Positions 1 through 12,966 of a DNA stretch of 64,000 nucleotides are shown here, one piece after another. The first letter of the stretch is position 1, and the number at the start of each line of letters is the position of its first letter. The position numbers and the translations under genes were made by a program. The notes under the pieces are model-generated. The model did no database searches. It was not told the origin of the DNA and worked only from the letters and a program-made list of their open reading frames with translations. The DNA is from Candidatus Calditenuis fumarioli (GTDB lineage Archaea > Thermoproteota > Nitrososphaeria_A > Caldarchaeales > Calditenuaceae), in NCBI GenBank assembly GCA_030059665.1, contig JANVYR010000002.1, positions 96,001-160,000 on the forward strand. Direction: 5' to 3'.

Positions 1-65
1 ACGAGCTCGTCGACCCTTATCTCGATGCCGTAGGCCCTCACCAGGAAGTCACTTACCTCGAGCAA
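1..65 (-). CDS. ABC transporter ATP-binding subunit, N-terminal fragment (runs off window start)
   Basis: TTG at 65 opens MLEVSDFLVRAYGIEIRVDEL, overlapping the permease stop; position fits the third gene of the ABC operon. Confidence 0.5.
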   Translation of the reverse strand, partial: MLEVSDFLVRAYGIEIRVDEL

Positions 66-753
66 CTCCCGTCAACCTCTCGATCAGGAAGCCCACCGCG
101 ACCGCAAGGGCCAGCAGCGCCACCGATCCTCCAACTACCGGTGCCGCACCCCACGCCAGGAAGTTCTCGAAGATGTAAACCCCGATCGTGGTGGGCCTCC
201 TCGCCAGGATCAGGACGGCACCCAGCTCCGAGAAGGCCCTGAACCAGCTCAATATGGCCGAGATGACGACGGCAGACCTGATGGACCTGATGGCTATCGG
301 TATCACCCTCCATCCCGTCACGCCCATCCCAGCGAGGAACTCGAAGTACCCCGTACCGAGCGATACGAGGGCGCTCCTGAGGGCGGTGAACCCGATGGGC
401 AGCGAGACGATCGTCATCGCGATCACTATCGCCGCAGGCGTGTCCACGAGCCCTGCCCCGAAGACCAAGGGCGCCAGAAGAACACCGATGGCCGTGTGAG
501 GGACGGAGACCGTCGCCGTGACGAGCGGTGCCAGCGTCCTCCCCGGAGACCTCAGCGAGCCTTGGGCCAGAACCAGAGCTAGCGGTAGCGTGATGAGGGT
601 CGAGATCGTGGACAGGACCACGGTGTTCACCAGCGCCTCGCTGAACTCCTCCGTGAAGGCCAGGGGATACCTGAGGACCGCGGGGACTGTGAGGATCGCG
701 AAGTAACCCAGGATGACGACTACGACGTAGAGCTGGAACCTCTCCATCGGCAC
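49..753 (-). CDS. Molybdate/tungstate ABC transporter permease (ModB/WtpB-like)
   Basis: Multiple hydrophobic helices, ModB-like SVPHTAIG and WFRAFSELGA segments; directly downstream of the binding protein. Confidence 0.85.
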   Translation of the reverse strand: MPMERFQLYVVVVILGYFAILTVPAVLRYPLAFTEEFSEALVNTVVLSTISTLITLPLALVLAQGSLRSPGRTLAPLVTATVSVPHTAIGVLLAPLVFGAGLVDTPAAIVIAMTIVSLPIGFTALRSALVSLGTGYFEFLAGMGVTGWRVIPIAIRSIRSAVVISAILSWFRAFSELGAVLILARRPTTIGVYIFENFLAWGAAPVVGGSVALLALAVAVGFLIERLTGVARGK

Positions 754-755
754 GG

Positions 756-1619
756 CTACACCCTGAGACCGTACCTCGCCGGGTTGAGCCTCAGGAGCTC
801 CACGACCTCCCTCACGAAGCGCTCCCCCTTATCGGTGAAGGCGATCGCCACAGCTTCGAACCTCTTGACCTCCAGCTCGCCGAGCGTGATCCTGGCGATG
901 AACCTCATGGGTGGATCGCTCCCGAAGGAGATCTCCTCCGGCAGGCTGATGACCGCGTACTTGCCTTCCAGGTTCCTCGACACCGCGAAGGGAACGTAGG
1001 CGAAGATGCAGTCGACGGCGCCGTTCTCGAGCAGCTGGAAGGACGCTGAGAGGTCGTCCCTCGCGAGGAATGGACCTGATGCCTTGAACTCCCTCATTTC
1101 TATGATCACGCGGTCCTGAGCTGCCTCGAACTTCACCGAGAGGTATCTCTCTAAATCCTCCACCTTGAAGATATTACGCTTCACAGCCATCCAATAGAGC
1201 GCCGCTATTGCCCTGTAACCGATCGGGGCCGTGTTGGGGTTCGCGAGCCCGATCCTCTTTCGCGACAGATCCTCCAGCGTCGTCTTCTCCCTGCAGATCA
1301 GGTTGAGCTTGAAGTTGCCGAGAGAGGTCACGCTCCTGTACTGCTTGACGTAGTTGACCAGCTCCGCGTCCACGCTCAACAAAGCATCGGGTACCGCACC
1401 CTGCTCGATCCTCCTCACCGCCGCCGCGCTCCCCATCACGATCACCGTTACGTTGTACGGCGACTGCATCCTCGCCTTCGCGTCGTTTGCCAGAACAGCA
1501 AGCGTCGGTGCCGCGTACACCGTGACGTTCTCCGCCCTCGCGGTCATGACGTACTGATATGCCAGAAGGGCCGCGGCTCCCACCGCTAGGACCAGACCGA
1601 TGAGGAATATTCTTCGCAT
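756..1619 (-). CDS. Molybdate/tungstate ABC substrate-binding protein (ModA/WtpA-like)
   Basis: N-terminal membrane anchor; YAAPTL, GSAAAVRRI and ANPNTAPIGYRA oxyanion-binding motifs; next to modE. Confidence 0.85.
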   Translation of the reverse strand: MRRIFLIGLVLAVGAAALLAYQYVMTARAENVTVYAAPTLAVLANDAKARMQSPYNVTVIVMGSAAAVRRIEQGAVPDALLSVDAELVNYVKQYRSVTSLGNFKLNLICREKTTLEDLSRKRIGLANPNTAPIGYRAIAALYWMAVKRNIFKVEDLERYLSVKFEAAQDRVIIEMREFKASGPFLARDDLSASFQLLENGAVDCIFAYVPFAVSRNLEGKYAVISLPEEISFGSDPPMRFIARITLGELEVKRFEAVAIAFTDKGERFVREVVELLRLNPARYGLRV

Positions 1620-1651
1620 CGATCCCCACTTATGCAGTTCTAATTTTTAAG

Positions 1652-2224
1652 GTGGATTCTTCAATTACCCAACGCTACATGACGCATGTCAGGATTGAGG
1701 GCAGACAGGTCGTCGTGACCGTGGACGAAGGCCGGGTCGTGAGGTTAAGGCGCGAGCTCCTCGAGCTCCTCGACGGCGTAAGGAGGTTCGGCTCTCTCTC
1801 GAGGTCCTGCAGGGCCCTGGGGATCACCCTCAAGACCGGTCTCTCCTGGTTGAAGAACGCCGAAGGGTCGCTGGGCCAGAGGCTCGTGGAGAGGGTGCGC
1901 GGGGGTAAAGGGGGCGGAGGGGCCCTTCTCACGGCGGAGGGCTCCAGGCTTCTGATGGCCTACTACAGCGCCATGTCCGTGACGAGGCCTGGGTTCGTGG
2001 CTTCCCTGATCGAGGAGAGTCTAAGCGCGCGCAACAGGCTCTCCGGAAGGGTCGAGTCCGTGGTGAGGGGCGATGTGGTCTCGTTGGTTGAAGTGGAGCT
2101 GGAACCGAAGCAGAGGGTGAAGGCGGTGGTCACGACGCAGGCGCTCGACTCCCTTCGCCTCGAGAAGGGCAGACCGGTCCTCCTCGTCGTCAAGGCGACC
2201 GACGTGATGGTCCTCTCTCTCTAG
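1652..2224 (+). CDS. modE: ModE-family regulator (wHTH + TOBE/Mop domain)
   Basis: GSLSRSCRALGI HTH, RGGKGGGGALLT, SARNRLSGRV...VKATDVMV TOBE motif; divergent from the transporter across 32 bp. Confidence 0.85.
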   Translation: MDSSITQRYMTHVRIEGRQVVVTVDEGRVVRLRRELLELLDGVRRFGSLSRSCRALGITLKTGLSWLKNAEGSLGQRLVERVRGGKGGGGALLTAEGSRLLMAYYSAMSVTRPGFVASLIEESLSARNRLSGRVESVVRGDVVSLVEVELEPKQRVKAVVTTQALDSLRLEKGRPVLLVVKATDVMVLSL

Positions 2225-2277
2225 GACTTAAGGTGACCGCGCCAAACGTGATGGGCAAGTTACCAAGCTCCGGGCCT

Positions 2278-3369
2278 TCACCTGGTGATCTCCTGGCTCC
2301 TGACGAACTCGTAGAGCTCCCTCGCCCTAGAGTTGGTCTCGAAGTGCCTGCGGATCGGGGCTATCAGCTCGTCGAGCGCCCTCGCCACAGCCCTCTTCAG
2401 GTCAAGCGGATGGAGCCTGCCAGCGAGGTAGTCGTCGCGGAGCTGCTCGTACGTCTCGTAAACCACGTCGCCTCCGTACCTCTGCTCCCTCTCGACCCTC
2501 AGCCTCCCCATGGCCCTGAAGACGATGTGCTTGGCGTAGTCGAGCACCGGGTTCCCCTCCTCCGTCCTCGGAGGACAGTAGGCTCCCAGGATCTTCCTCT
2601 CGATCACCTCCGGCGGGTCGTGGACCAGTATGCTCGTCTCGGGCAGGCTCTTGCTCATCTTCGAGCTGATCTGGACGTCTATCCTCGGGTCGTCGTCCAT
2701 CCCCTTCGCGCCCACCGGGCCCTGCAGGCCCATCAGCATGTGGTGGTGGACCGCAACGGGCTTCCATAGGCCCAGCTTCGGCCCTATCTCCCTGGCGAGC
2801 ATGTTGGCCCTCCTCTGGTCTAGCCCCAGCTGGCAGATGTGGCAACCCATGTAGAAGATGTCAGCCACCTGCATGGCCGGGTAGATGACCTGGGCAGCCT
2901 CCTGGAGCTCGCCCTCAACCCTGCCCATGATCGGGAGGGCCCTCAGGATCCTGCGGAGCGTCACCGACCTCGCAACCCGCAGCACCAGCTTCCAGTACTC
3001 CGGGTCAGAGGCGTTGTCGCTGGCCCACACCACCTCGACCGAGTTCATGTCAACCCCCGCGGCCCTCCAGACCTCGATGAAGTACTCGCCGACGCGCCTG
3101 ATCGCCTCGAGGTCCCCTCCCATCTTGTTGTTGATCATCGCGTGCCAGTCCGCGAGCAGGAGCTTGAACCTGCACCCGGCCTCTATCATGTCCCTGAGCT
3201 TGATCGGCCTCAGGAGCCCGAAGGGGAGGTGCGCGAGACCGCTCGGCTCGAAGCCGTCGTACGCCACCGGCCTCTCCACCGTCTCGAGGAGCGTCCTGAG
3301 CTCCTCCGGCGTTATCACCTCCTCCGTCGGAGGCCTCAGTATCAGCTCCATCCTCCGCTCGACGTCCAT
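2278..3369 (-). CDS. tyrS: Tyrosyl-tRNA synthetase (archaeal type)
   Basis: YDGFEPSG, YPAMQVADIF, GLDQR, KMSKS. Confidence 0.95.
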   Translation of the reverse strand: MDVERRMELILRPPTEEVITPEELRTLLETVERPVAYDGFEPSGLAHLPFGLLRPIKLRDMIEAGCRFKLLLADWHAMINNKMGGDLEAIRRVGEYFIEVWRAAGVDMNSVEVVWASDNASDPEYWKLVLRVARSVTLRRILRALPIMGRVEGELQEAAQVIYPAMQVADIFYMGCHICQLGLDQRRANMLAREIGPKLGLWKPVAVHHHMLMGLQGPVGAKGMDDDPRIDVQISSKMSKSLPETSILVHDPPEVIERKILGAYCPPRTEEGNPVLDYAKHIVFRAMGRLRVEREQRYGGDVVYETYEQLRDDYLAGRLHPLDLKRAVARALDELIAPIRRHFETNSRARELYEFVRSQEITR

Positions 3370-3437
3370 CCGTTGCGAGTCTCCAGTCCGTTCTTAAAAC
3401 CCTCTTGGCTTCTGCGCTGGCTTATCCCGGACTTCGG

Positions 3438-3815
3438 TTACGTTACCAGCCTCACCCCCCCTCTCTCAGAGACGAAGGCGGCCCGCATCCCCGCCCTCAG
3501 CGCCCTCCTGAAGATCCCGAGGTCCGCTGTGACCAGGAGCGACCCGTCCCGGCTTGCCGTCTGGAGCAGCACCTCGTCGGCAGGCCCATGTCCAGCTGGC
3601 TCGACGACCCCGATGCGCTCCGCCATGCCCAGCGCAACCCTCGCCGCCCTTCCCCTCCTCCCCTCAAGCCGCGAGAGGTTCCTGAGCTCCTCTACCACCT
3701 GCGGAATTGTGCGGGGCTCCAGGGGTTCTCCGAGCTTGTCCGCCACCAGCGAGAGGAGGTCCCTCCCCAGGTCGGCGCAGAGCATCAGGAAGCTCGTGTC
3801 CAGAAGGGCCCTCAA
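3438..3815 (-). CDS. PIN-domain protein (Fcf1/Utp24-like)
   Basis: LLDTSFL, ADEVLL, LVTADLGI acidic PIN motifs; conserved position downstream of aIF2-gamma. Confidence 0.85.
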   Translation of the reverse strand: MRALLDTSFLMLCADLGRDLLSLVADKLGEPLEPRTIPQVVEELRNLSRLEGRRGRAARVALGMAERIGVVEPAGHGPADEVLLQTASRDGSLLVTADLGIFRRALRAGMRAAFVSERGGVRLVT

Positions 3816-3816
3816 C

Positions 3817-5061
3817 TCACCCGACTATTTTGCCGTAGCCGATCAGCCTCCAGCCGGTTCCGATCTTCCTGCTGATGGTCACCCTGTCGCCCGGTTTGGC
3901 GACCAGCGGTCTGGTCAGCTTGATCTCCAGCCTCTCGGGTGTAACGCTCGTTACCGTTCCGCTAGTGACCGCCGAGTATGAGTTCAGGACTAGCGGCTCC
4001 CTCGGGTTGACCCTCGTCACCTTGACGTCGCCGTCGACCCCCACCACGCGCTCGAAGAGGGTGTACTCCAGCGTCAGCTCCCTCCAGGTTGGCGGAAGGT
4101 GTCCCGGCTTTCCAGCCATGTTCCCGGCGAGGCCGTCCGACTTCGTCAGCACAGGATCCACGTCCGTCTCGATCCCGACCAGCCCACCGCTCGTCGCCTC
4201 CCTCACGCTCTTGTTCCCGGCCTTGATGTGCCTTGCAACGGTGTGTATCGGCTCGTACGGCGAGTTCGGGTCATTCTCCCTTACCGGAAGACCGGGTGCT
4301 ATCTCGATCTCGTCGCCCACCTGCACCTTGCCCTGAACGATTGACCCGCCGATCACGCCTCCCTTTATCGCGGTGGCCAGGGTTCCGGGCAGGTTCACGT
4401 CGAAGGACCTGAGGACCGGCATCAGGAACGGAGCGTCCAGGTTCCTCTTGGGCGTCGGTATGTACTTCTCGATCGAGTAGAGCAGCGCGTCCACACCCAC
4501 TCCCTGCTGTGCCGACACCGGGATCACCACGGGATCGCTGAACCCCTTCTCGGTCACGTAGCTCACTATCTCCTCGTAGTTCTCGATCGCCCTCTTCCGA
4601 TCTACGACGTCGAGCTTGTTCTGGACGAAGACTATCCTCTTCATCCCCATCACCAGCATAGCCTCGAGGTGCTCCCTGTCCTGAGGCTGCGGGAACCTCA
4701 CCCTCGAATCGATGACGAAGATCGCTCCGTCGAATAGCGGGGCTCCGCTGAGCATCGTTATCATCAGCGAGTGGTGGCCGGGGCAGTCGATGAAGGAGAT
4801 CGCCCGCACGAACTCCGTCGGGACGTTGTGCGTCGGACAGACCTCCTGCGTCGTGTAGTTGAAGGGCTCAGCGCACTTGGGGCACCTGTAGATCGCCGCG
4901 TCGGCGTACCCTATCCTGATGGTTATGCCGCGCTTGAGCTCCTCCGAGTGCCTCGCGGTCCAAACGCCCGTTATCGCCTGGACCAGCGTCGTCTTCCCGT
5001 TGTCGACGTGCCCGAGCGTTCCGATGTTGACCTCCGGCTGCCGCGGTAGCGGCTTGCTCAT
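3817..5061 (-). CDS. eif2g: Translation initiation factor 2 gamma subunit
   Basis: GHVDNGKTT, SEELKRGITIRIGYA, DCPGH, NKLD, C-terminal WRLIGYG. Confidence 0.97.
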   Translation of the reverse strand: MSKPLPRQPEVNIGTLGHVDNGKTTLVQAITGVWTARHSEELKRGITIRIGYADAAIYRCPKCAEPFNYTTQEVCPTHNVPTEFVRAISFIDCPGHHSLMITMLSGAPLFDGAIFVIDSRVRFPQPQDREHLEAMLVMGMKRIVFVQNKLDVVDRKRAIENYEEIVSYVTEKGFSDPVVIPVSAQQGVGVDALLYSIEKYIPTPKRNLDAPFLMPVLRSFDVNLPGTLATAIKGGVIGGSIVQGKVQVGDEIEIAPGLPVRENDPNSPYEPIHTVARHIKAGNKSVREATSGGLVGIETDVDPVLTKSDGLAGNMAGKPGHLPPTWRELTLEYTLFERVVGVDGDVKVTRVNPREPLVLNSYSAVTSGTVTSVTPERLEIKLTRPLVAKPGDRVTISRKIGTGWRLIGYGKIVG

Positions 5062-5178
5062 CCCGTGATCCGTCTCGCGTTCCGCTAATAAGTGTCCTCC
5101 GATGGGCCTCCGACGGGCAGCTCCGATGGGTCGACGCGAAAGGCGTTTTTACCATGGCCTTGAAAGCTGTTGTAGAGG

Positions 5179-5763
5179 GTGGACCGGTTGAACGGCACGG
5201 CGACGTTCCGGGGGACGGTGACGAAGATAGCGCTCGGGAGGTTGGGCGAGCTGCCTGCTGTGAGGGTCACAGTCACAACTCCGGAGGGGAAATCGGCCGA
5301 CTACTACGTGGCAGATCCGCCGGACTGGCTCGAGGTCGGCGTCAGGGTCGAGGGTTCCTTCAGGGAGGCGATCACCACGAGGGGCGTCAAGAGGGTGGTG
5401 GACTCGATGAGGAGGACAGATGCGGGCCAGGCGTTCGAGCTCGAGGAGGTCGAGATCCGGCAGGTCACCTTCCCGCCCCACGGCCTCACCATCGTCGAGG
5501 GCGTCACCGGCGACGGCAGGGTCTTCAGCGTCACCGTAGACGACCCTGAGGTGGTCGAAGAGCTTAGGATGGGGTTGAGGAGGTCCTTCGCGCTCTTCTC
5601 CAGGTCCGGTGCGGTCAGGCGGCTTGTCGCGCTTCTGCCGTACCGTAGGACCGTCCTCGCCAAGAGGGTCAGGGAGCTCCTCGAGATGATCGCGAGGTCC
5701 GAGCGGTCCTACACCTCCGAGGAGGCCCTTAGGCTTCTCAAGGGATCGAGTGACCGGGACTGA
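5179..5763 (+). CDS. Hypothetical protein, beta-rich (possibly OB-fold-like)
   Basis: 194-aa ORF with the genome's usual codon pattern; no family recognised. Confidence 0.6.
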   Translation: MDRLNGTATFRGTVTKIALGRLGELPAVRVTVTTPEGKSADYYVADPPDWLEVGVRVEGSFREAITTRGVKRVVDSMRRTDAGQAFELEEVEIRQVTFPPHGLTIVEGVTGDGRVFSVTVDDPEVVEELRMGLRRSFALFSRSGAVRRLVALLPYRRTVLAKRVRELLEMIARSERSYTSEEALRLLKGSSDRD

Positions 5764-5831
5764 GCCGCCTGCCGGCCAACGGGTTCGAGGTCAGCGTTAA
5801 GCCACAAAAGTCGGCACCCAGTTTCAATCCT

Positions 5832-6155
5832 GTGGTCTGGAGGGAAATCTGCAGGCTGAGCGAGCTGAGGGAGAACGAGATGAGGAGGGTCGATCTGGAG
5901 GACGCGGAGCTGCTCGTGGTCCGGATCGGCGACCGGGTCTTCGTCACCGACGCGTGGTGCACCCATCAGCGCTCCGACCTGACGCTCGGCATCCTCGAGG
6001 GGAAGAGGGTGAGGTGTGCGCTCCACCAGGCGCTCTTCGACTTGGAGACCGGCGAGGTCCTCGAGGGCCCGTCCGGCGAGCCGCCTTCCTCCATCAGACC
6101 CCTCAGGACCTATCGCGTCAGGGTTGAGGGCGACGTGGTTCTCGCGGACCTCTGA
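5832..6155 (+). CDS. Rieske [2Fe-2S] ferredoxin
   Basis: CTH...CALH ligand motif, FDLETGEVLEGP. Confidence 0.9.
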   Translation: MVWREICRLSELRENEMRRVDLEDAELLVVRIGDRVFVTDAWCTHQRSDLTLGILEGKRVRCALHQALFDLETGEVLEGPSGEPPSSIRPLRTYRVRVEGDVVLADL

Positions 6156-6217
6156 CCGACGACCGCGTGGGCAGGGCACAGTATTATACGAGGTCGTGCG
6201 TCCGTGGATGACCGAGC

Positions 6218-7453
6218 ATGTCCTCGTACGAGTACCTGGAGAGAGGCCCCTGGCGCGGAGACAGGTGGTGGGTCACGCACCTCAATTACGCCGATGAGGT
6301 GGTCTCCCAGTTCAGCTTCCCGAACAAGATCGTAATCCACGACGTCACGCTCCGGGACGGAGAGCAGACGCCCGGCGTGGTCCTGAAGATGGAGGAGAAG
6401 GTGGAGATCGCGAGGGCCCTCGACGAGGCCGGCGTCGACAGGATCGAGGCTGGGATGCCCGTCGTCTCGGAGGAGGACTTCCAGGCGATAAGGGAGATCT
6501 CGAGGCTTGGGCTGAGCGCCAAGGTCTTCGGCTTCGGCCGGATCAGGACCGAGGACATCGATGCTTGCCTGAAGGCCGACGTGGACGGCGTCATCACCGA
6601 GGGACCGGTGGGATACCCGAAGCTCAGGTACCAGTTCGGGTGGACTCCTGAGCAGCTGGTGGAGTCCGCTGTGCGGGCCATCGACTACGCCAAGGACCAC
6701 GGCCTCCAGACGATATTCTTCACCGTCGACGGAACGAGGGCTGACCTGGGATTCCTAACGGAGCTCCTACAGCGCCTCGAGCGGGAGACTAAGGTCGACG
6801 GCTTCACCATCGCAGACACCTACGGCTCTCTGACGCCGGAGGCCGCGAGGTTCCTCTTCAGGCACCTGAGGTCGAGGCTCTCGAGGCCGCTCGAGTTCCA
6901 CGGCCACAACGACTTCGGCCTAGCGACGGCCACCAGCATCGCGGCCCTCTCGGCAGGCGCTGAGGTGGTCCACGTGAGCGTCAACGGGATCGGCGAGCGC
7001 GCCGGCAACGCCTCCCTTGAGGAGGTGGTACTCTCGCTCCACCTGCTGTACGGCCAGCGGACCAACGTCAAGCTCGAGCGGCTCTACGGGCTCTCGAAGC
7101 TGGTGGAACGCCTGACGGGCTTCAGGCTGGCACCGAACAAGGCCGTCGTCGGCGATCGCGTCTTCACCCGGGAGTCCGGGATAGGCGTGGCCGGGTGGCT
7201 GAAGTACCCGCTGGGGAGCGAGGCCTTCAGCCCCGAGCTGGTCGGCAACAGGCCCGCGGTCATAATAGGGAAGAAGAGCGGACGTCACGCGCTGGAGTAC
7301 AAGCTGAGGGAGCTGGGCGTCGGCAACCGACTCAGCGAGGAGAAGCTCGAGGCGATATTGAGGGAGGTCAAGCGGCGCAGCCTGGAGAAGAAGGGCCCGC
7401 TCACCGACGAGGAGCTCCTGGAGATCGTCAACTCCGTCGCGGTCACCGCCTGA
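6218..7453 (+). CDS. DRE-TIM metallolyase (homocitrate/isopropylmalate/citramalate synthase family), no C-terminal regulatory domain
   Basis: DVTLRDGEQTPG, HGHNDFG, GIGERAGNA, FTRESGI. Confidence 0.85.
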   Translation: MSSYEYLERGPWRGDRWWVTHLNYADEVVSQFSFPNKIVIHDVTLRDGEQTPGVVLKMEEKVEIARALDEAGVDRIEAGMPVVSEEDFQAIREISRLGLSAKVFGFGRIRTEDIDACLKADVDGVITEGPVGYPKLRYQFGWTPEQLVESAVRAIDYAKDHGLQTIFFTVDGTRADLGFLTELLQRLERETKVDGFTIADTYGSLTPEAARFLFRHLRSRLSRPLEFHGHNDFGLATATSIAALSAGAEVVHVSVNGIGERAGNASLEEVVLSLHLLYGQRTNVKLERLYGLSKLVERLTGFRLAPNKAVVGDRVFTRESGIGVAGWLKYPLGSEAFSPELVGNRPAVIIGKKSGRHALEYKLRELGVGNRLSEEKLEAILREVKRRSLEKKGPLTDEELLEIVNSVAVTA

Positions 7454-7521
7454 TCCACCTCCTCCAGTCCCTCACCCATCCGAGCCTGCCAGTCCCCCGC
7501 CATCCATAACCAACTTATGTC

Positions 7522-8358
7522 ATGATTTATCTCAGGCCGGACCGCTCTGGTGGCGAGATGGTCTTCAGACCCGTCCCGGAGTCGGAGATCACCAGGGCGA
7601 TAGCCACCTCCTTCATCGAGATGTTCAACGAGTTCGCGCTGAGCGACGTGATCGTCGTGGGCGCAGGGCCTGCGGGTCTTATGGCGAGCAGAGAACTGGC
7701 GAGGCGCGGCGTGAAGGTCCTGGTGATCGAGCAGAACAACTACCTCGGCGGCGGCTTCTGGCTCGGAGGCTACCTGATGAACCCGGTCACGGTCCGGGAG
7801 CCGGCACAGGAGATCTTCGACGAGCTCGGCGTCCCCTACCGGAAGTTCTCCGAAGGCCTCTACGTCGCCCACGGCCCCCACGCCTGCTCGAAGCTGATAG
7901 CCGCTGCCTGCGACGCCGGCGTCAGGTTCCTGAACATGACCAAGCTGGACGACCTGATCGTGAGGGACGGCCGCGTCTCGGGCGTTGTCGTCAACTGGAC
8001 GCCCGTGGAGGCCCTGCCGAGGCAGATAACCTGCGTCGATCCGATAGCGCTCGAGTCCAAGATCGTCATCGACGCCTCCGGGCACGACGCCGTCGCCGTC
8101 AGGAGGCTCGAGGCCAGGGGATACGTCAAGACGAAGGGGATGGGAGCGATGTGGGTCGAGCGTTCGGAGGACGCTGTCGTGGAGCACACGGGCTTCGTCT
8201 ACCCCGGGCTGATCGTGGCAGGCATGGCCGTTGTGGAGACCTTCGGTCTGCCGAGGATGGGCCCGACCTTCGGCGCCATGCTCCTGTCGGGGAAGAGGGC
8301 CGCGGAGGTGGCCCTGAGGGAGCTCGAGGCGATGGAGGCTAAGGCCGTAAGGACCTGA
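7522..8358 (+). CDS. thi4: Thiazole synthase Thi4 (Cys type)
   Basis: [38 protein letters not shown]. Confidence 0.95.
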   Translation: MIYLRPDRSGGEMVFRPVPESEITRAIATSFIEMFNEFALSDVIVVGAGPAGLMASRELARRGVKVLVIEQNNYLGGGFWLGGYLMNPVTVREPAQEIFDELGVPYRKFSEGLYVAHGPHACSKLIAAACDAGVRFLNMTKLDDLIVRDGRVSGVVVNWTPVEALPRQITCVDPIALESKIVIDASGHDAVAVRRLEARGYVKTKGMGAMWVERSEDAVVEHTGFVYPGLIVAGMAVVETFGLPRMGPTFGAMLLSGKRAAEVALRELEAMEAKAVRT

Positions 8359-8371
8359 TGAGAGCTGCGCC

Positions 8372-9170
8372 TTGGCTGGTACCTCCCGGAAGCTCGTGCT
8401 CTACGCCGATCCCTCTTCTCCGACCCTGAACGTCTCCGAGATCGCGGAATTCATCCGGTCCGAGATACCGTCGATCGAGGTTGAGGTCCGGCGGGACGTC
8501 TTCACCCACTTCCGGGGGACGTACGACCCGGAGCGAATAGCCCGTAGGCTCGCCTCCATTAGGATCACCGACCCGGTTACCGGTGCCCTCAACGACGACC
8601 CCCTTCCGCTGGAGGTGGAGTACGAGCTGAGGCGCGTCCTGAACCCTGCCCTGAGGTGCCACGGCGTTCTGTACGACGGTTACGAGCTGATGGCGCTCCT
8701 CCGCGACATGATACCGCCTCAGGAGATGAGCAGGAACGTCCTCCACCTCGTCTTCACGGGCAGGCTCGTCGGGACTAGGGAGCTGGGAGAGGACAGGGTC
8801 CACGCTCGGGTCGTGATCCTCGGCAACCCCGCCATAGCCTCCACGAGCGGCGCCGTGGAGGCCCCCGCGAGGCCGCGGGAGTACTACCTGAGCCGTCTGA
8901 CGACCGCCAACCCGCTGCTCCAGGAGCTTCTGGTCTCAGCAGGGAAGGCATCCGGTGGATGGGACTGGCTCGAGCACGACGACCCTCGCCTGACGGAGGT
9001 GATGAAGGGCTATGCGCTCCAGGCTGTCTTCTACTTCTTCCTCGGTGAGGCTTTCTGCGACGACGCGGACTGCAGGCTCTTCAACGCCCATCGCCAGTCA
9101 GAGCTGATAAGGGCCCAGCTGCTGAGCGGAAAGCTCTGCAACAAACACCGAGTGATGCTCGAGGGGTTTC

Positions 9171-9190
<20 letters not shown>
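8372..9190 (+). CDS. Archaeal Cys/His-rich putative metal-binding protein (DUF6775-like)
   Basis: C-terminal FC-x4-CRLFNAH...LCNKH pattern; HARVVILG; EAPARPREYY. Confidence 0.6.
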
Positions 9191-12965
<3,775 letters not shown>

Positions 12966-12966
12966 C

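Noticed and set aside
5179-5763. Arcadin-1 assignment for the beta-rich ORF
   Set aside because: Similar size only; no motif I can confirm and no crenactin in the window.
5821-5830. GTTTCAATCC, resembling the start of a CRISPR repeat
   Set aside because: Single occurrence just before the Rieske gene, with no periodic copies seen.
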